Assembly (NCBI GenBank): GCA_022561055.1
Contig: JADFRY010000004.1
Span: forward strand, 35,243 to 99,242
Length of the DNA: 64,000 bases
From: Nanobdellota archaeon
GTDB taxonomy: Archaea; Nanobdellota; Nanobdellia; Pacearchaeales; GW2011-AR1
Reading direction: 5' to 3'
In this document: positions 1 through 8,718 of the stretch, piece after piece
How the letters are laid out: the number at the start of each line of letters is the position of its first letter
Position numbering within the stretch: position 1 is the first letter of the stretch
Notes under the pieces: generated by a model
Databases searched by the model: none
Told to the model about the DNA's origin: nothing
What the model saw: the letters and a program-made list of their open reading frames with translations, nothing else
Program-made: the position numbers and the translations under genes

Positions 1-71
1 ATGGAAAAGCGGCGATTATTGAAATTAATGATAAGGGAAAGGTGAAAGTTAAGTTTATTAAATAAAACTTA

Positions 72-872
72 TTAGGTTTTTTCCAAGAGAAGTGAGACAA
101 ACATAGAATTCCTAGGGAATTTTCTCACAGATAGTTGAAAGTTAGTTATGATGTACATTATTTTTTTTGAGAAGAGTTTTAATTTTGTTAATTTTCCTAG
201 ATCAAGAACTATCCCTTCTGATTTTTTCAGAGTAAATTTATTTTTCTTTAATATATTAATTAATTCTTTATAGTCCCACTCTGTTAGGTGTTCCGAAATA
301 GGAAAATATTTTCCTATTTTTGTTTTTATTTCCAATTTTGTTATTGTGCTTGTGTTTACTGTAGGATAAGTTAGTACGAGACTTCCTTTTGGTTTTAGAA
401 CACGATAGAATTCTTTCATCACTTTTTTTGGATGTAAGACATGTTCTAGAGTTTCTACGCAAACTATTTTATCGAAGTTTTTATTTTTAAAATTTAAATT
501 TTCTATATTCATTTCTTTGAAGAGCAGGTTTTTAGGAGCTTTTGTTTTCGCTTTTTTGAAAGCATTTTTTGTTATGTCTGCTCCATATATTTTTTTACAT
601 TTTTTGGATATTTTTAAAGTTAGTTTTCCATCTCCACATCCCGCATCTAATATTATTTCATCTTTTTTAGGTTCGAGGAATTTTAGAGCTGATTTTTGTC
701 TTTCTTTATGATAAATATTACTTATATTTACACCATGCAGGGTGTATCCTTTTTCGTATCCTCCTCTATTATATTTTTCTTCATAATATTTTTTTAGTTC
801 TTTTTGATTTTTGAACTTTAACATCTCTTTATTTAGTATATCTCCGAATTTTTCCTTTTTTGATTTTTTCAT
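72..872 (-). CDS. class I SAM-dependent methyltransferase
   Basis: 266-aa ORF with SAM-binding motif I ILDAGCGDGKLT, then IYGADI and VCVETLEHV, typical of the Methyltransf_11/25 fold. Confidence 0.8.
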   Translation of the reverse strand: MKKSKKEKFGDILNKEMLKFKNQKELKKYYEEKYNRGGYEKGYTLHGVNISNIYHKERQKSALKFLEPKKDEIILDAGCGDGKLTLKISKKCKKIYGADITKNAFKKAKTKAPKNLLFKEMNIENLNFKNKNFDKIVCVETLEHVLHPKKVMKEFYRVLKPKGSLVLTYPTVNTSTITKLEIKTKIGKYFPISEHLTEWDYKELINILKKNKFTLKKSEGIVLDLGKLTKLKLFSKKIMYIITNFQLSVRKFPRNSMFVSLLLEKT

Positions 873-922
873 ATTTTATTATGATTAAATAACTTTATAA
901 ATCATTCAAAATTTTGGTTAGT

Positions 923-1192
923 ATGGTAAAAATAAAATCTTCTAAGCCAATTTCTAAAATAAAGAAAGGCGATAAGATTAAAGTAGATGGAAAAGAATAT
1001 GAAGTGGATGCGCATTATGTTATGATTAATCATGGTAAGACAAGAGAAATGGTAATTGAATTGTTTGATTCTAAGACAGATAAGGATTATCAAGTAAGAT
1101 ATTTTGATAATAGAGTTGAAGAGAGTATTGATTTTTACGAATTGAAGGATATTGTTTATGATAAAGTTGAAATTGAGAAGATAGAGTGGTAG
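923..1192 (+). CDS. hypothetical small protein
   Basis: First ATG (923) in the 914..1192 ORF. Beta-rich, Lys-rich sequence (KKGDKIKVDGKEYEV). No domain recognised. Confidence 0.45.
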   Translation: MVKIKSSKPISKIKKGDKIKVDGKEYEVDAHYVMINHGKTREMVIELFDSKTDKDYQVRYFDNRVEESIDFYELKDIVYDKVEIEKIEW

Positions 1193-1233
1193 AATATTTT
1201 CTAGTATCTATTTGCAACAGAAAGGTTTAAATA

Positions 1234-2058
1234 ATGTTTAAACTTTGTATAAACATGAGATTGGAGAATGTTGCAGAGGTAAGGAAGTGGGGCAATAGTG
1301 GAGGAGTTTTACTACCCAGAGAATGGTTAGGAAAACAGGTAAAAGTAATTTTAATAGATAGAACTCTAGAAATAAAGAAAGAGGTATTAAGAATTCTTGA
1401 GCCATATTTAGAGGATATTATTGGGATTTATTTGGTTGGAAGTTATGCAAGAGGTGAACAGAGGAAAGATTCTGACATAGATGTTTTAGCTATTTCTGAA
1501 GAAACAAAGAAATTAATTAAATCCGGGAAGTATGAAATAGAGATAATTCCTCTTAGGATTATTATTAAAACTCTTGAGATTTATCCTGCTATGATTTATC
1601 CCAAGCTTATAGACGCCAAACCAATATTGAATAAAAGTCTTTTAGATGAGATTCAGGAAATTAAGTTATCTAGAGGTTCAATGAAAAGATATTTAGATGA
1701 CTGTAAAAGAATTATAAAAATAAATAGGGAATTTGTCGAGGAAGATAAACTAGAGGGGAATATTTTAGAATATGATACAGTTATTTATTCTTCTATTTTG
1801 AGATTAAGGTCATTATATATGATGAAATGTATATTTATGGATGAGAAGTATTTAAATAAGAAATTTAAAAGATGGTTGATTTCTGAATTAGAGATTGGTG
1901 ATGGAGAATATAAGAAAATTTATGAGGCTTACAGAGCAGTAAGAGATGATAGAAAATCAAAAGAAAAGATTAGTGTTGAGTTGGGAGAAAAACTTGTAAA
2001 TTTATTAGAAAAAGAGGTTAAAGAATATAAAATTGGTAAAAAGAAAAAAGAGACCTAA
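1234..2058 (+). CDS. AbrB/SpoVT-domain protein fused to a nucleotidyltransferase (MNT-like) domain
   Basis: N-terminus VAEVRKWGNSGGVLLPREWLGKQVKV (AbrB/SpoVT signature), followed by the NTase core LVGSYARGEQRKDSDIDVLAI. The C-terminal ~170 aa are helical. An alternative ATG lies at 1255. Confidence 0.7.
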   Translation: MFKLCINMRLENVAEVRKWGNSGGVLLPREWLGKQVKVILIDRTLEIKKEVLRILEPYLEDIIGIYLVGSYARGEQRKDSDIDVLAISEETKKLIKSGKYEIEIIPLRIIIKTLEIYPAMIYPKLIDAKPILNKSLLDEIQEIKLSRGSMKRYLDDCKRIIKINREFVEEDKLEGNILEYDTVIYSSILRLRSLYMMKCIFMDEKYLNKKFKRWLISELEIGDGEYKKIYEAYRAVRDDRKSKEKISVELGEKLVNLLEKEVKEYKIGKKKKET

Positions 2059-2233
2059 GAAAGGAATTAAGTCTTTGGAAAGGCAGATAGAATTGCACGA
2101 AGAAAAATTAAGAAAAACCATAGAAGAAGGAAATATATATTTAGAAAAATATTATGGTAAGGAAATAGCTTCACAAGAAAAGGCTAAGAAAAAAAAGGAA
2201 GAGAAATCGAGAAGAAAAGGAAAGAGAAGCTAA
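2033..2233 (+). CDS. possible small Lys/Glu-rich coiled-coil protein
   Basis: 66-codon ORF with only a TTG start. It overlaps the previous gene by 26 nt in another frame. Low complexity; may not be real. Confidence 0.2.
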   Translation: MVKRKKRPKKGIKSLERQIELHEEKLRKTIEEGNIYLEKYYGKEIASQEKAKKKKEEKSRRKGKRS

Positions 2234-2308
2234 AAAGATATAGTTGAGCAGTAGTTTTTAATACGAATAACCTTAAAAACCAGCTTGATTTTTGTTTTTC
2301 GTATTAAG

Positions 2309-2989
2309 ATGGAAATTGGAAATATTAAGATTGAATTTTTAGGACATTCAGGGTTTTTGATTAGTAGTAGTAATGGTTCTGGTAAGAAAATTGTGATAGA
2401 CCCTTATAATGTTTCTGGAAATGTAAATGAAAAGGCAGATGTCATTTTGATTACGCATAGTCATTATGACCATTGTAGTATTAAGGATATTGAAAAACTT
2501 TCAAAGAGAGGAACTGTAATTGTTATGCCTGCAGATTGTCAGAGTAAGGTTATGAAAATTGAAGGCGTGGATTTGCAAGTTGTTGAAGTTGGGGATGAAA
2601 TTGATTTGTCAGGATTAAAAATTGAAACTGTTCCTGCTTATAATAAAGATAAAGATTTCCATCCGAAAAGCGAGGGCTGGTTAGGGTATTTAATTAAGAT
2701 GGGCAATGTTATTGTTTATCATTCAGGTGATAGTGATTTTATTCCTGAGATGCAAAAACTCAGCGGATATGGAAAGCACGGGAATGAATTTATTTCTTTA
2801 TTGCCTGTTTCTGGAAAGTATGTTATGGATGCAGAGGAGGCCGCAGATGCTGCTTCTGTGATGAGTCCTGATTTAGCAATACCGATGCATTATGGTGCAG
2901 GAGTTGCCGGAACTATTGAGGACGCGCAAAGATTTGTTGAGCTTTGTAAAGAAAAGGGTTTGAAAGCGGAGATTTTAGAGAGGATTTAA
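2309..2989 (+). CDS. metallo-beta-lactamase fold hydrolase (UPF0173-like)
   Basis: HxHxDH motif (ITHSHYDHC), N-terminal IEFLGHSGFLI, later HSGDS and MHYG. ATG at 2309 within the 2285..2989 ORF. Confidence 0.8.
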   Translation: MEIGNIKIEFLGHSGFLISSSNGSGKKIVIDPYNVSGNVNEKADVILITHSHYDHCSIKDIEKLSKRGTVIVMPADCQSKVMKIEGVDLQVVEVGDEIDLSGLKIETVPAYNKDKDFHPKSEGWLGYLIKMGNVIVYHSGDSDFIPEMQKLSGYGKHGNEFISLLPVSGKYVMDAEEAADAASVMSPDLAIPMHYGAGVAGTIEDAQRFVELCKEKGLKAEILERI

Positions 2990-3025
2990 TACAAAGTTTT
3001 ATTAAGTCAATTGTATTTTTTGCTT

Positions 3026-3409
3026 ATGCGCGAAGAGGTGTTTGAGGTTGAGGGAGTTAAGTCTCCATGGGATGATAAGTTTTATCTTGGTTCTCTTATG
3101 GGTGCTGTAAATGAGTATCTTGGTTTTGGAGCTGATGTTTTTTATGCAAGGGAACCTGGTACTCTATCTGAAGTTGAAATAATGAGTATGGACAACGCTG
3201 ACGGGACTAGAAGGATTTGTATTAGAAGGATCGGAGAGGGACTCTATGGAATTACTGGGCTTCTAGAAAGTGAAGACTTTGATGTTTTTAAGTCAAATAT
3301 ACGAGATGTTTTAGATAATTATATTAGAAGGATTGGACCAGACAAGGACAAGGAGAGAAGTAAAGCTGGTTCTCTTGAAAGAAGAAGTGAAGAGCCTGTT
3401 AGGCAATAG
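3026..3409 (+). CDS. hypothetical protein (compositionally atypical orphan)
   Basis: ATG at 3026 in the 3011..3409 ORF. No recognised domain. Visibly more G+C-rich and Arg/Gly/Asp-rich than its neighbours. Confidence 0.5.
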   Translation: MREEVFEVEGVKSPWDDKFYLGSLMGAVNEYLGFGADVFYAREPGTLSEVEIMSMDNADGTRRICIRRIGEGLYGITGLLESEDFDVFKSNIRDVLDNYIRRIGPDKDKERSKAGSLERRSEEPVRQ

Positions 3410-3439
3410 ACTTAAAAACTTAATATTTTTCTGCTGATT

Positions 3440-4447
3440 ATGGAAGATAAGAAGAGTAGTGAAGAAGAAACCCATAGAAAAATTGTGTATCATGAGTATG
3501 TTGAGGAAATAGATGGTCCTGCTATTGAAGGATATGATTTTAATAATGGTGTTAATTATGATAAGATCATAAAAAGCTTTTATACTACTGGTTTTCAGGC
3601 CACACATTTATCAAAGGCTATAGGGATTGTTAATGAAATGATTAATAATAAGGCAAAGATTTTTTTAGGATATACTTCTAATATGGTTAGTTCTGGTTTG
3701 AGAGATATTTTTAGATATCTTGTTGAACATAAAAAAGTGGATGTTGTCTCGACAACAGGAGGAGCTATCGAGGAGGATATAATAAAGTGTTTGAAACCTT
3801 TTATTTTAGGGGATTTCCATGCTAAAAAAGGACAGGAGTTATGTTCGAAAGGCATAAACAGAATCGGAAATATTTATGTTCCTGATGATAGATATGTTCT
3901 TTTTGAAAAGTTTTTGATTCCTATCTTAGAAGAGATTTATGAAAAGCAGAAAGAAACTGGAAGGATTATTGGTCCTAGTGATTTAATTTGGAAACTTGGA
4001 GAGAAGATAAATGATGAAAAGAGTATTTGTTATTGGGCATGGAAGAATAAAATAAGATTTTATTGTCCTACGATACTAGATGGCTCTATTGGGGATATAA
4101 TTTATGTTTTTAGGAATAAACATCGCGACTTTCTTTTAGATGTTGTAGAAGATACGAAGAGATTAAACGACTCAACTATTGGATTGAATAAGTCGGGAGT
4201 TATAATTTTAGGCACCGGAGTGGTTAAACATTCTTTATTAAATGCGAATTTGTTTAGGAATGGTGCAGATTATGTTGTTTATATTAATAATGCCCAAGAA
4301 TTTGATGGAAGCGATGCGGGTGCGATGCCTGATGAGGCTGTTTCTTGGAAGAAAATTGCTGAAAATGGAAAGATGATCAAGGTTTTTGGGGATGCGACGA
4401 TTTTATTTCCCTTGTTAGTTGCGAGCACTTTCGCGAGCGGAAATTAA
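3440..4447 (+). CDS. dys: deoxyhypusine synthase
   Basis: GYTSNMVSSGLRDIFRYLVEHKKVDVVSTTGGAIEEDIIKC and DEAVSWKKI (catalytic Lys region). 335 aa, a typical length. Confidence 0.9.
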   Translation: MEDKKSSEEETHRKIVYHEYVEEIDGPAIEGYDFNNGVNYDKIIKSFYTTGFQATHLSKAIGIVNEMINNKAKIFLGYTSNMVSSGLRDIFRYLVEHKKVDVVSTTGGAIEEDIIKCLKPFILGDFHAKKGQELCSKGINRIGNIYVPDDRYVLFEKFLIPILEEIYEKQKETGRIIGPSDLIWKLGEKINDEKSICYWAWKNKIRFYCPTILDGSIGDIIYVFRNKHRDFLLDVVEDTKRLNDSTIGLNKSGVIILGTGVVKHSLLNANLFRNGADYVVYINNAQEFDGSDAGAMPDEAVSWKKIAENGKMIKVFGDATILFPLLVASTFASGN

Positions 4448-4487
4448 TTCTGTCATTTCGAGCGAGGGTGCGAGTTTAAGAGTTTTG

Positions 4488-5078
4488 CTAGGCAAGAGTA
4501 GGCTGGTTAGAAGTTAATTTATAGTATGCTTCTCGGTCACTTAGTCTTTCTCTAGCTCTTTTTAAGAAGCCAGATAGCCTTGATTTTACTGTTCCTAATG
4601 GGATGTTTAATTGATCTGCTACTACTGCTAGAGTGGCTCCATAAAGATAATGTAATCTTACTATTTCTGTTTGATTTGGAGTACATAAGATGTCTATCAG
4701 ACTTTCTATTCTTTTTCCAGATCCTTCTTGGGTTGGTTTATTTTCTGAGATTGATTCACCCATGAATGATTCGTCTAAACTTTTAGCAGATATTCTAGAT
4801 TTTCTTCTTCTTACCATGTCTATCCCAACTGACCTGGTTAACATTTTAACATAAGCTGTTAGTTTTGCTCTCTTTGGATCGTATTTGTCAAAGCCACATG
4901 GTCTAAGAGATTTCATTGTTACTTCTTGCCCTAATTCTTCAGGATCTATAGAAAATAATCTTGCATATCGATTAAATATTGGCTCAAAGGCTTCTCTAAA
5001 TTTACAATAAGCCGAATTGCTTTCGGCTGTGCCAGTTATTACAGCCCTTTTTACGTCTTCTTCTGTGAAAATTACCAT
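4488..5078 (-). CDS. sigma-70 family (ECF-like) protein
   Basis: Region-4 HTH NQTEIVRLHYLYGATLAVVADQLNIPLGTVKSRLSGFLKRARERL, and a region-2-like FEPIFNRYARLF...DPEELGQEV...AYVKMLTRSVGIDMVRRRK. Confidence 0.7.
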   Translation of the reverse strand: MVIFTEEDVKRAVITGTAESNSAYCKFREAFEPIFNRYARLFSIDPEELGQEVTMKSLRPCGFDKYDPKRAKLTAYVKMLTRSVGIDMVRRRKSRISAKSLDESFMGESISENKPTQEGSGKRIESLIDILCTPNQTEIVRLHYLYGATLAVVADQLNIPLGTVKSRLSGFLKRARERLSDREAYYKLTSNQPTLA

Positions 5079-5189
5079 AGTTCTCTTTTTTTATTTTTAA
5101 TCTTACTATTTCTGTTATTTTAGAGTATAGTCAAATATTTAAAGTATGTCCTTCTAGATTTCTTAACATATGAAAGGAGGTAACAGTGA

Positions 5190-6269
5190 ATGGTACTTGA
5201 TTTTGCGAAAGAGGCTATAGAAAATGTTCAGACTCACAGCATCAACTTTGATGAGTTAAGGGCTGGGAAAGCCAACATTAAGGTTTTTGGTTGTGGTGGT
5301 ATGGGAAATAATGCTGTGACTTGGCTGTTTAATAAGGGAATTAATGGCGCTACTGTTTATGCGATAAATTCTGATGCTTTGCATTTGAGTATAACAAAGG
5401 CTGATGAGAAGATTCTTATTGGAAAAGAGTTGACTCGTGGTTTAGGTGCAGGCGGTAGACCTCAAATTGGAAGAGAAGCAGCTAAAGAGTCTTTATCTGA
5501 ATTGAAGAAAGTAACAAGCAATGCTGATATGATATTTGTTCTTGCTGGAATGGGTGGCGGAACTGGAACTGGAGCAGCTCCCGTTGTTGCACAGTTGGCA
5601 AAAGAGAGCGGTTCAGTAGTAATTGGTGTTGTAACCATGCCGTTTGAATGTGAAAAAGCAAGGATGGACAAGGCAGAGTTTGGTTTACAAGAATTGAGAG
5701 AAGTTGCTGATACAGTAATTGTTATTGATAATAACAGACTTGTTGATATTGCTGGTAATTTGCCGATGGAACAGGCCTTTGCAGTAGCGAACGAGCTAGT
5801 CAGTACAATGATTAAGGGAATTGTGGAAACAATTACTCTTCCTTCATTGATTAACTTAGACTATGCTGATGTTTCTGCTATTATGCGAGGTGGAGAAGTC
5901 GCAGTTATTGGTGTTGGAGAATCTGATAGTCAGTCAGCGAGAGTTGATGAGGCAGTAAGACAGGCGTTAACGCACCCTTTATTAGATGTAGATTACAAAG
6001 GTGCGACAGGCGCTTTAGTTCACGTGACTTGTGGGCCTGACTTTAAATTAGAAGAGTTTGCCGGTGTTGGCCAGTTAGTTACAGAGAATATAAGTCCGGA
6101 TGCCCAAGTTATTATTGGTGCTAGGATAGATAAAGACTTTGGTAATAAAGTTAGAGTCATTACAATTATGACTGGAGTTTCGTCGCCTTATGTTTTAGGC
6201 AAAGAAACCCGTGCAGATGCTGCACCATCACCAGAGATATCTGACCTTGGTATAGAAGTCTTCAGATAA
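5190..6269 (+). CDS. ftsZ: cell division GTPase FtsZ
   Basis: GCGGMGNNAV and the tubulin signature GMGGGTGTGAAPVVA, plus NELV/T7-loop-like segments. GGAGG-like tract upstream. Confidence 0.95.
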   Translation: MVLDFAKEAIENVQTHSINFDELRAGKANIKVFGCGGMGNNAVTWLFNKGINGATVYAINSDALHLSITKADEKILIGKELTRGLGAGGRPQIGREAAKESLSELKKVTSNADMIFVLAGMGGGTGTGAAPVVAQLAKESGSVVIGVVTMPFECEKARMDKAEFGLQELREVADTVIVIDNNRLVDIAGNLPMEQAFAVANELVSTMIKGIVETITLPSLINLDYADVSAIMRGGEVAVIGVGESDSQSARVDEAVRQALTHPLLDVDYKGATGALVHVTCGPDFKLEEFAGVGQLVTENISPDAQVIIGARIDKDFGNKVRVITIMTGVSSPYVLGKETRADAAPSPEISDLGIEVFR

Positions 6270-6314
6270 TTTTTTATTTAGGAACATTTATTTTTGTTCC
6301 TTTTTTATTTTTTA

Positions 6315-6635
6315 TTAGTAGAAAATAGCTAACCAAATAGTTTCTTTTTGAGAGTCTGTTTTCTGCACTTTATGTTTTACATGTGCTGGAATATTAACAT
6401 AATCTCCTTCACACATTTTAACGACTTTATTATTTTCTTCGAATAATAACTCTGCATTTCCTTTGAGGACAATGATGAATTCATTTTTATTTTGATCATA
6501 CCATTTACATTTAGGTGTTGAATGACCACTTGATATAATTCTTTCAATTTTACAATTTTGTGAAGAGATAAGCTCTTCAAATGATTCATCTGATAATAGT
6601 TTAGGTATTCTTGAGAAAATATTTCCTACCTTCAT
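6315..6635 (-). CDS. cupin domain protein
   Basis: 106 aa with cupin motifs (SSGHSTP...EFIIVLKG and GDYVNIPAHVKHKV). Confidence 0.7.
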   Translation of the reverse strand: MKVGNIFSRIPKLLSDESFEELISSQNCKIERIISSGHSTPKCKWYDQNKNEFIIVLKGNAELLFEENNKVVKMCEGDYVNIPAHVKHKVQKTDSQKETIWLAIFY

Positions 6636-6642
6636 TTTACTT

Positions 6643-7203
6643 TCACCAGGTTGTGGGGTCTTTGGTTCTACTTGATTTTTTTGTTATGCCCCAGAACTCC
6701 CAGTTTATTATGTTTTCCAAAGCTGCTTTTCTTGTTTTTTTAATTGTACCCTTTCCATAACCAACAGGTAATATTGCTTCAATGTTAATGAACTCTGGAA
6801 TTTTCAGGACTTGTTTTATTAATTCGTCTGAGTAAGCTCCAACCCAACAACTTGATAGTCCTAAGTCTGTTATTTTTAATAAGAAGTTTTGAATTGCTGC
6901 GCCTGCTTGTTGTCTTGAATAGATTTTGCCTCGCTCGTTGTACATTTTTTCTAGTTTGGTTTCATCTGAACATACAACTATAATTATTTGGGCATCTGCA
7001 ATCCAAGTTTGTTGACAATGTTTTGTTATATTGTTTTTTAGTTCTTGATTCTCTACAATTATAAATTTTAGGTTGTTTATGTTACCTGCAAAAGGGACTT
7101 TAGATGCGGTATCAATGGCTTCTAGAATGTCAGCCCATTTTACTTTCTTCTCTTTAAATTCTCTGACAGAATGTCTTTTTTCTATTACTTCATTTAGTTT
7201 CAT
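6643..7203 (-). CDS. nitroreductase family protein
   Basis: N-terminal IEKRHSVREF and overall ~186-aa nitroreductase layout (SCWVGAY..., ILPVGYG). Confidence 0.8.
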   Translation of the reverse strand: MKLNEVIEKRHSVREFKEKKVKWADILEAIDTASKVPFAGNINNLKFIIVENQELKNNITKHCQQTWIADAQIIIVVCSDETKLEKMYNERGKIYSRQQAGAAIQNFLLKITDLGLSSCWVGAYSDELIKQVLKIPEFINIEAILPVGYGKGTIKKTRKAALENIINWEFWGITKKSSRTKDPTTW

Positions 7204-7240
7204 GCTTTTATTAAAGGAGTAAGATATAAAAAAGTTGTTA

Positions 7241-7527
7241 TGTCAAGGATTCTGGAGAGAACCACTTACTTTAGTGCGTGGATGAATCCTTGAGCACAAG
7301 AGAATTGCTCCAAGCTTTGCAATTCTCTGTGCAGAAAATTCTCTATTAAAAGAATTTTCTTGCATCCAAACCTCAAGAATGCTAACAATTGCATTCCGGG
7401 AGAATTCTCTAACATGAATTCTCCGGACCCGCGAATCCAAACTTACGAGGATTCGCACGGTCTTGATGGCACTCAAAAACTAAAAGTTTTTGATGAGTCC
7501 GAACAAAAAACGCAAAGACTTTTTGAT
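7241..7527 (+). repeat. multi-hairpin repeat element, expanded copy (candidate structured sRNA or MITE)
   Basis: Shares its 5' end and an identical 66-nt 3' end with copy 48003..48198. It carries extra palindromic modules at 7396-7426 and 7431-7456, plus a loop-1 insertion. Confidence 0.8.
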
Positions 7528-7580
7528 TAGTCTAATAATACATTCCAAATAATTTACTGTTAATTTAATTAAAGAGATTT

Positions 7581-8684
7581 TTATCCAAATCTAATCTCTC
7601 CCCCACCCAAGACTTGTTCGCCTTTATATATGACTGCTGATTGTCCTTCTGCAATTCCTTCTATTGATTTTTTGAGTGTGCAATTATATTTTTTATTATT
7701 ATATTCTATCGAAACAGGAATTAGTTCACCGAGATGTCTGATTCTTACTTTTATTTTAGTGAGAGGAAATTTTGGCCGGTCATTTATGAAATTTATTTTT
7801 CTCATTATGAATTTTTTGCGGAATGCTTCAGGATGATTCTTAGGAGCTGCGATTAATATGTTGCTTTTTATTTTTTTGTTAATTATATACCATTTTTTTC
7901 CAGTTTTATTTCTAAATTCTTTATCAATATCGAAACCGAGTCGTGGTCCTATTCTTTCGCCAATTGTGTAAAACATTGTTCCATTATGATAGCCAAGAAG
8001 CTTTCCTTCAGGGTTTAGGATTTTCCCTTTTTTTTGTTTTATTTTTTGTTTTAAAAATGCTTTCATATTTACTTTTCCAATAAAACAAATTCCCTTTGTT
8101 CCTGGTTTATTATAATTTGGAAAGTTGTTTTTATAAGCTATTTTTCTTATTTCTTTTTTTGTATAGTTTCCTATGGGGAATAATGTATGTGCGAGGTCTT
8201 TTTGAGTTAATTCATATAGAAAATATGATTGGTCTTTTGTTTTGTCCTTTGCTTTTAAGAGAGAGAAACTGGATTTAGTTTTTTTTATTTTTGCGTAATG
8301 TCCTGTCGCTATGTAGCTTGCTCCGAGTTTTTTTGCTTCTGTCCAAAGAAAGGGGAATTTTATTATTTTATTACATAAAGAGTCGGGATTAGGTGTTAAG
8401 CTGCGAGCATAAGCTTTAAACATTGGATCAATTACATATTTCTTATATTCTTTTTCGAAATTTAATGTTATAAAAGGGATTTTAAGAATTGCAGCTATTT
8501 TTTGGGCGTCTTTTTTGTCATTAACCCAATTACACTGGCCAGTTATTTTGTCTTTCGTTTCAGAGAAATTTTTCATGAAAGCTCCTATAACTTTGTATCC
8601 TTGTTTTTTAAGAAGAAGCGCAGCTACGGTAGAGTCTACTCCTCCTGAAAGACCGAGGAGGATAGTTTCTTGTTTTTGTTTCAT
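7581..8684 (-). CDS. mnmA: tRNA-specific 2-thiouridylase MnmA
   Basis: PP-loop LSGGVDSTVAA, catalytic Cys contexts NPDSLCNKIIKF and KGICFIG, 367 aa. Confidence 0.9.
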   Translation of the reverse strand: MKQKQETILLGLSGGVDSTVAALLLKKQGYKVIGAFMKNFSETKDKITGQCNWVNDKKDAQKIAAILKIPFITLNFEKEYKKYVIDPMFKAYARSLTPNPDSLCNKIIKFPFLWTEAKKLGASYIATGHYAKIKKTKSSFSLLKAKDKTKDQSYFLYELTQKDLAHTLFPIGNYTKKEIRKIAYKNNFPNYNKPGTKGICFIGKVNMKAFLKQKIKQKKGKILNPEGKLLGYHNGTMFYTIGERIGPRLGFDIDKEFRNKTGKKWYIINKKIKSNILIAAPKNHPEAFRKKFIMRKINFINDRPKFPLTKIKVRIRHLGELIPVSIEYNNKKYNCTLKKSIEGIAEGQSAVIYKGEQVLGGGEIRFG

Positions 8685-8718
8685 GATAACGGGAAGAAGT
8701 AATGGTTTTTAAATAAAA

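Noticed and set aside
1-65. Possible 3' end of a + strand gene entering from the left (frame 3: GKAAIIEINDKGKVKVKFIK*)
   Set aside because: Only 20 codons are visible and there is nothing recognisable, so this cannot be supported as a feature.
268-711. Track ORFs 268..462(-) and 517..711(+) inside the methyltransferase gene. Similar nested or antisense ORFs occur throughout (for example 3311..3607, 5462..5671, 10401..10721, 20371..22473, 58425..58994).
   Set aside because: They overlap longer ORFs with clear domain signatures and have low-complexity or hydrophobic shadow-frame composition.
2033-2060. Programmed frameshift at the A-rich tract ggtaaaaagaaaaaagag joining 1234..2058 to 2033..2233
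   Set aside because: The downstream ORF is in the +1 frame, not -1, and there is no X_XXY_YYZ heptamer in the zero frame. This is speculation only.
4425-4490. Weak duplication of the deoxyhypusine synthase 3' end (ctttcgcgagcgg versus atttcgagcgagg) next to the sigma-like gene, by analogy with the two endonuclease cassettes
   Set aside because: It covers only ~13 nt with gaps, shows no protein-level similarity and has no matching repeat on the other side of the gene.
7243-7476. Track ORFs inside the multi-hairpin elements (7243..7476 minus, 8890..9078 plus, 47992..48246 plus)
   Set aside because: The three copies would be read on different strands and frames. The substitutions between copies preserve stems rather than codons.
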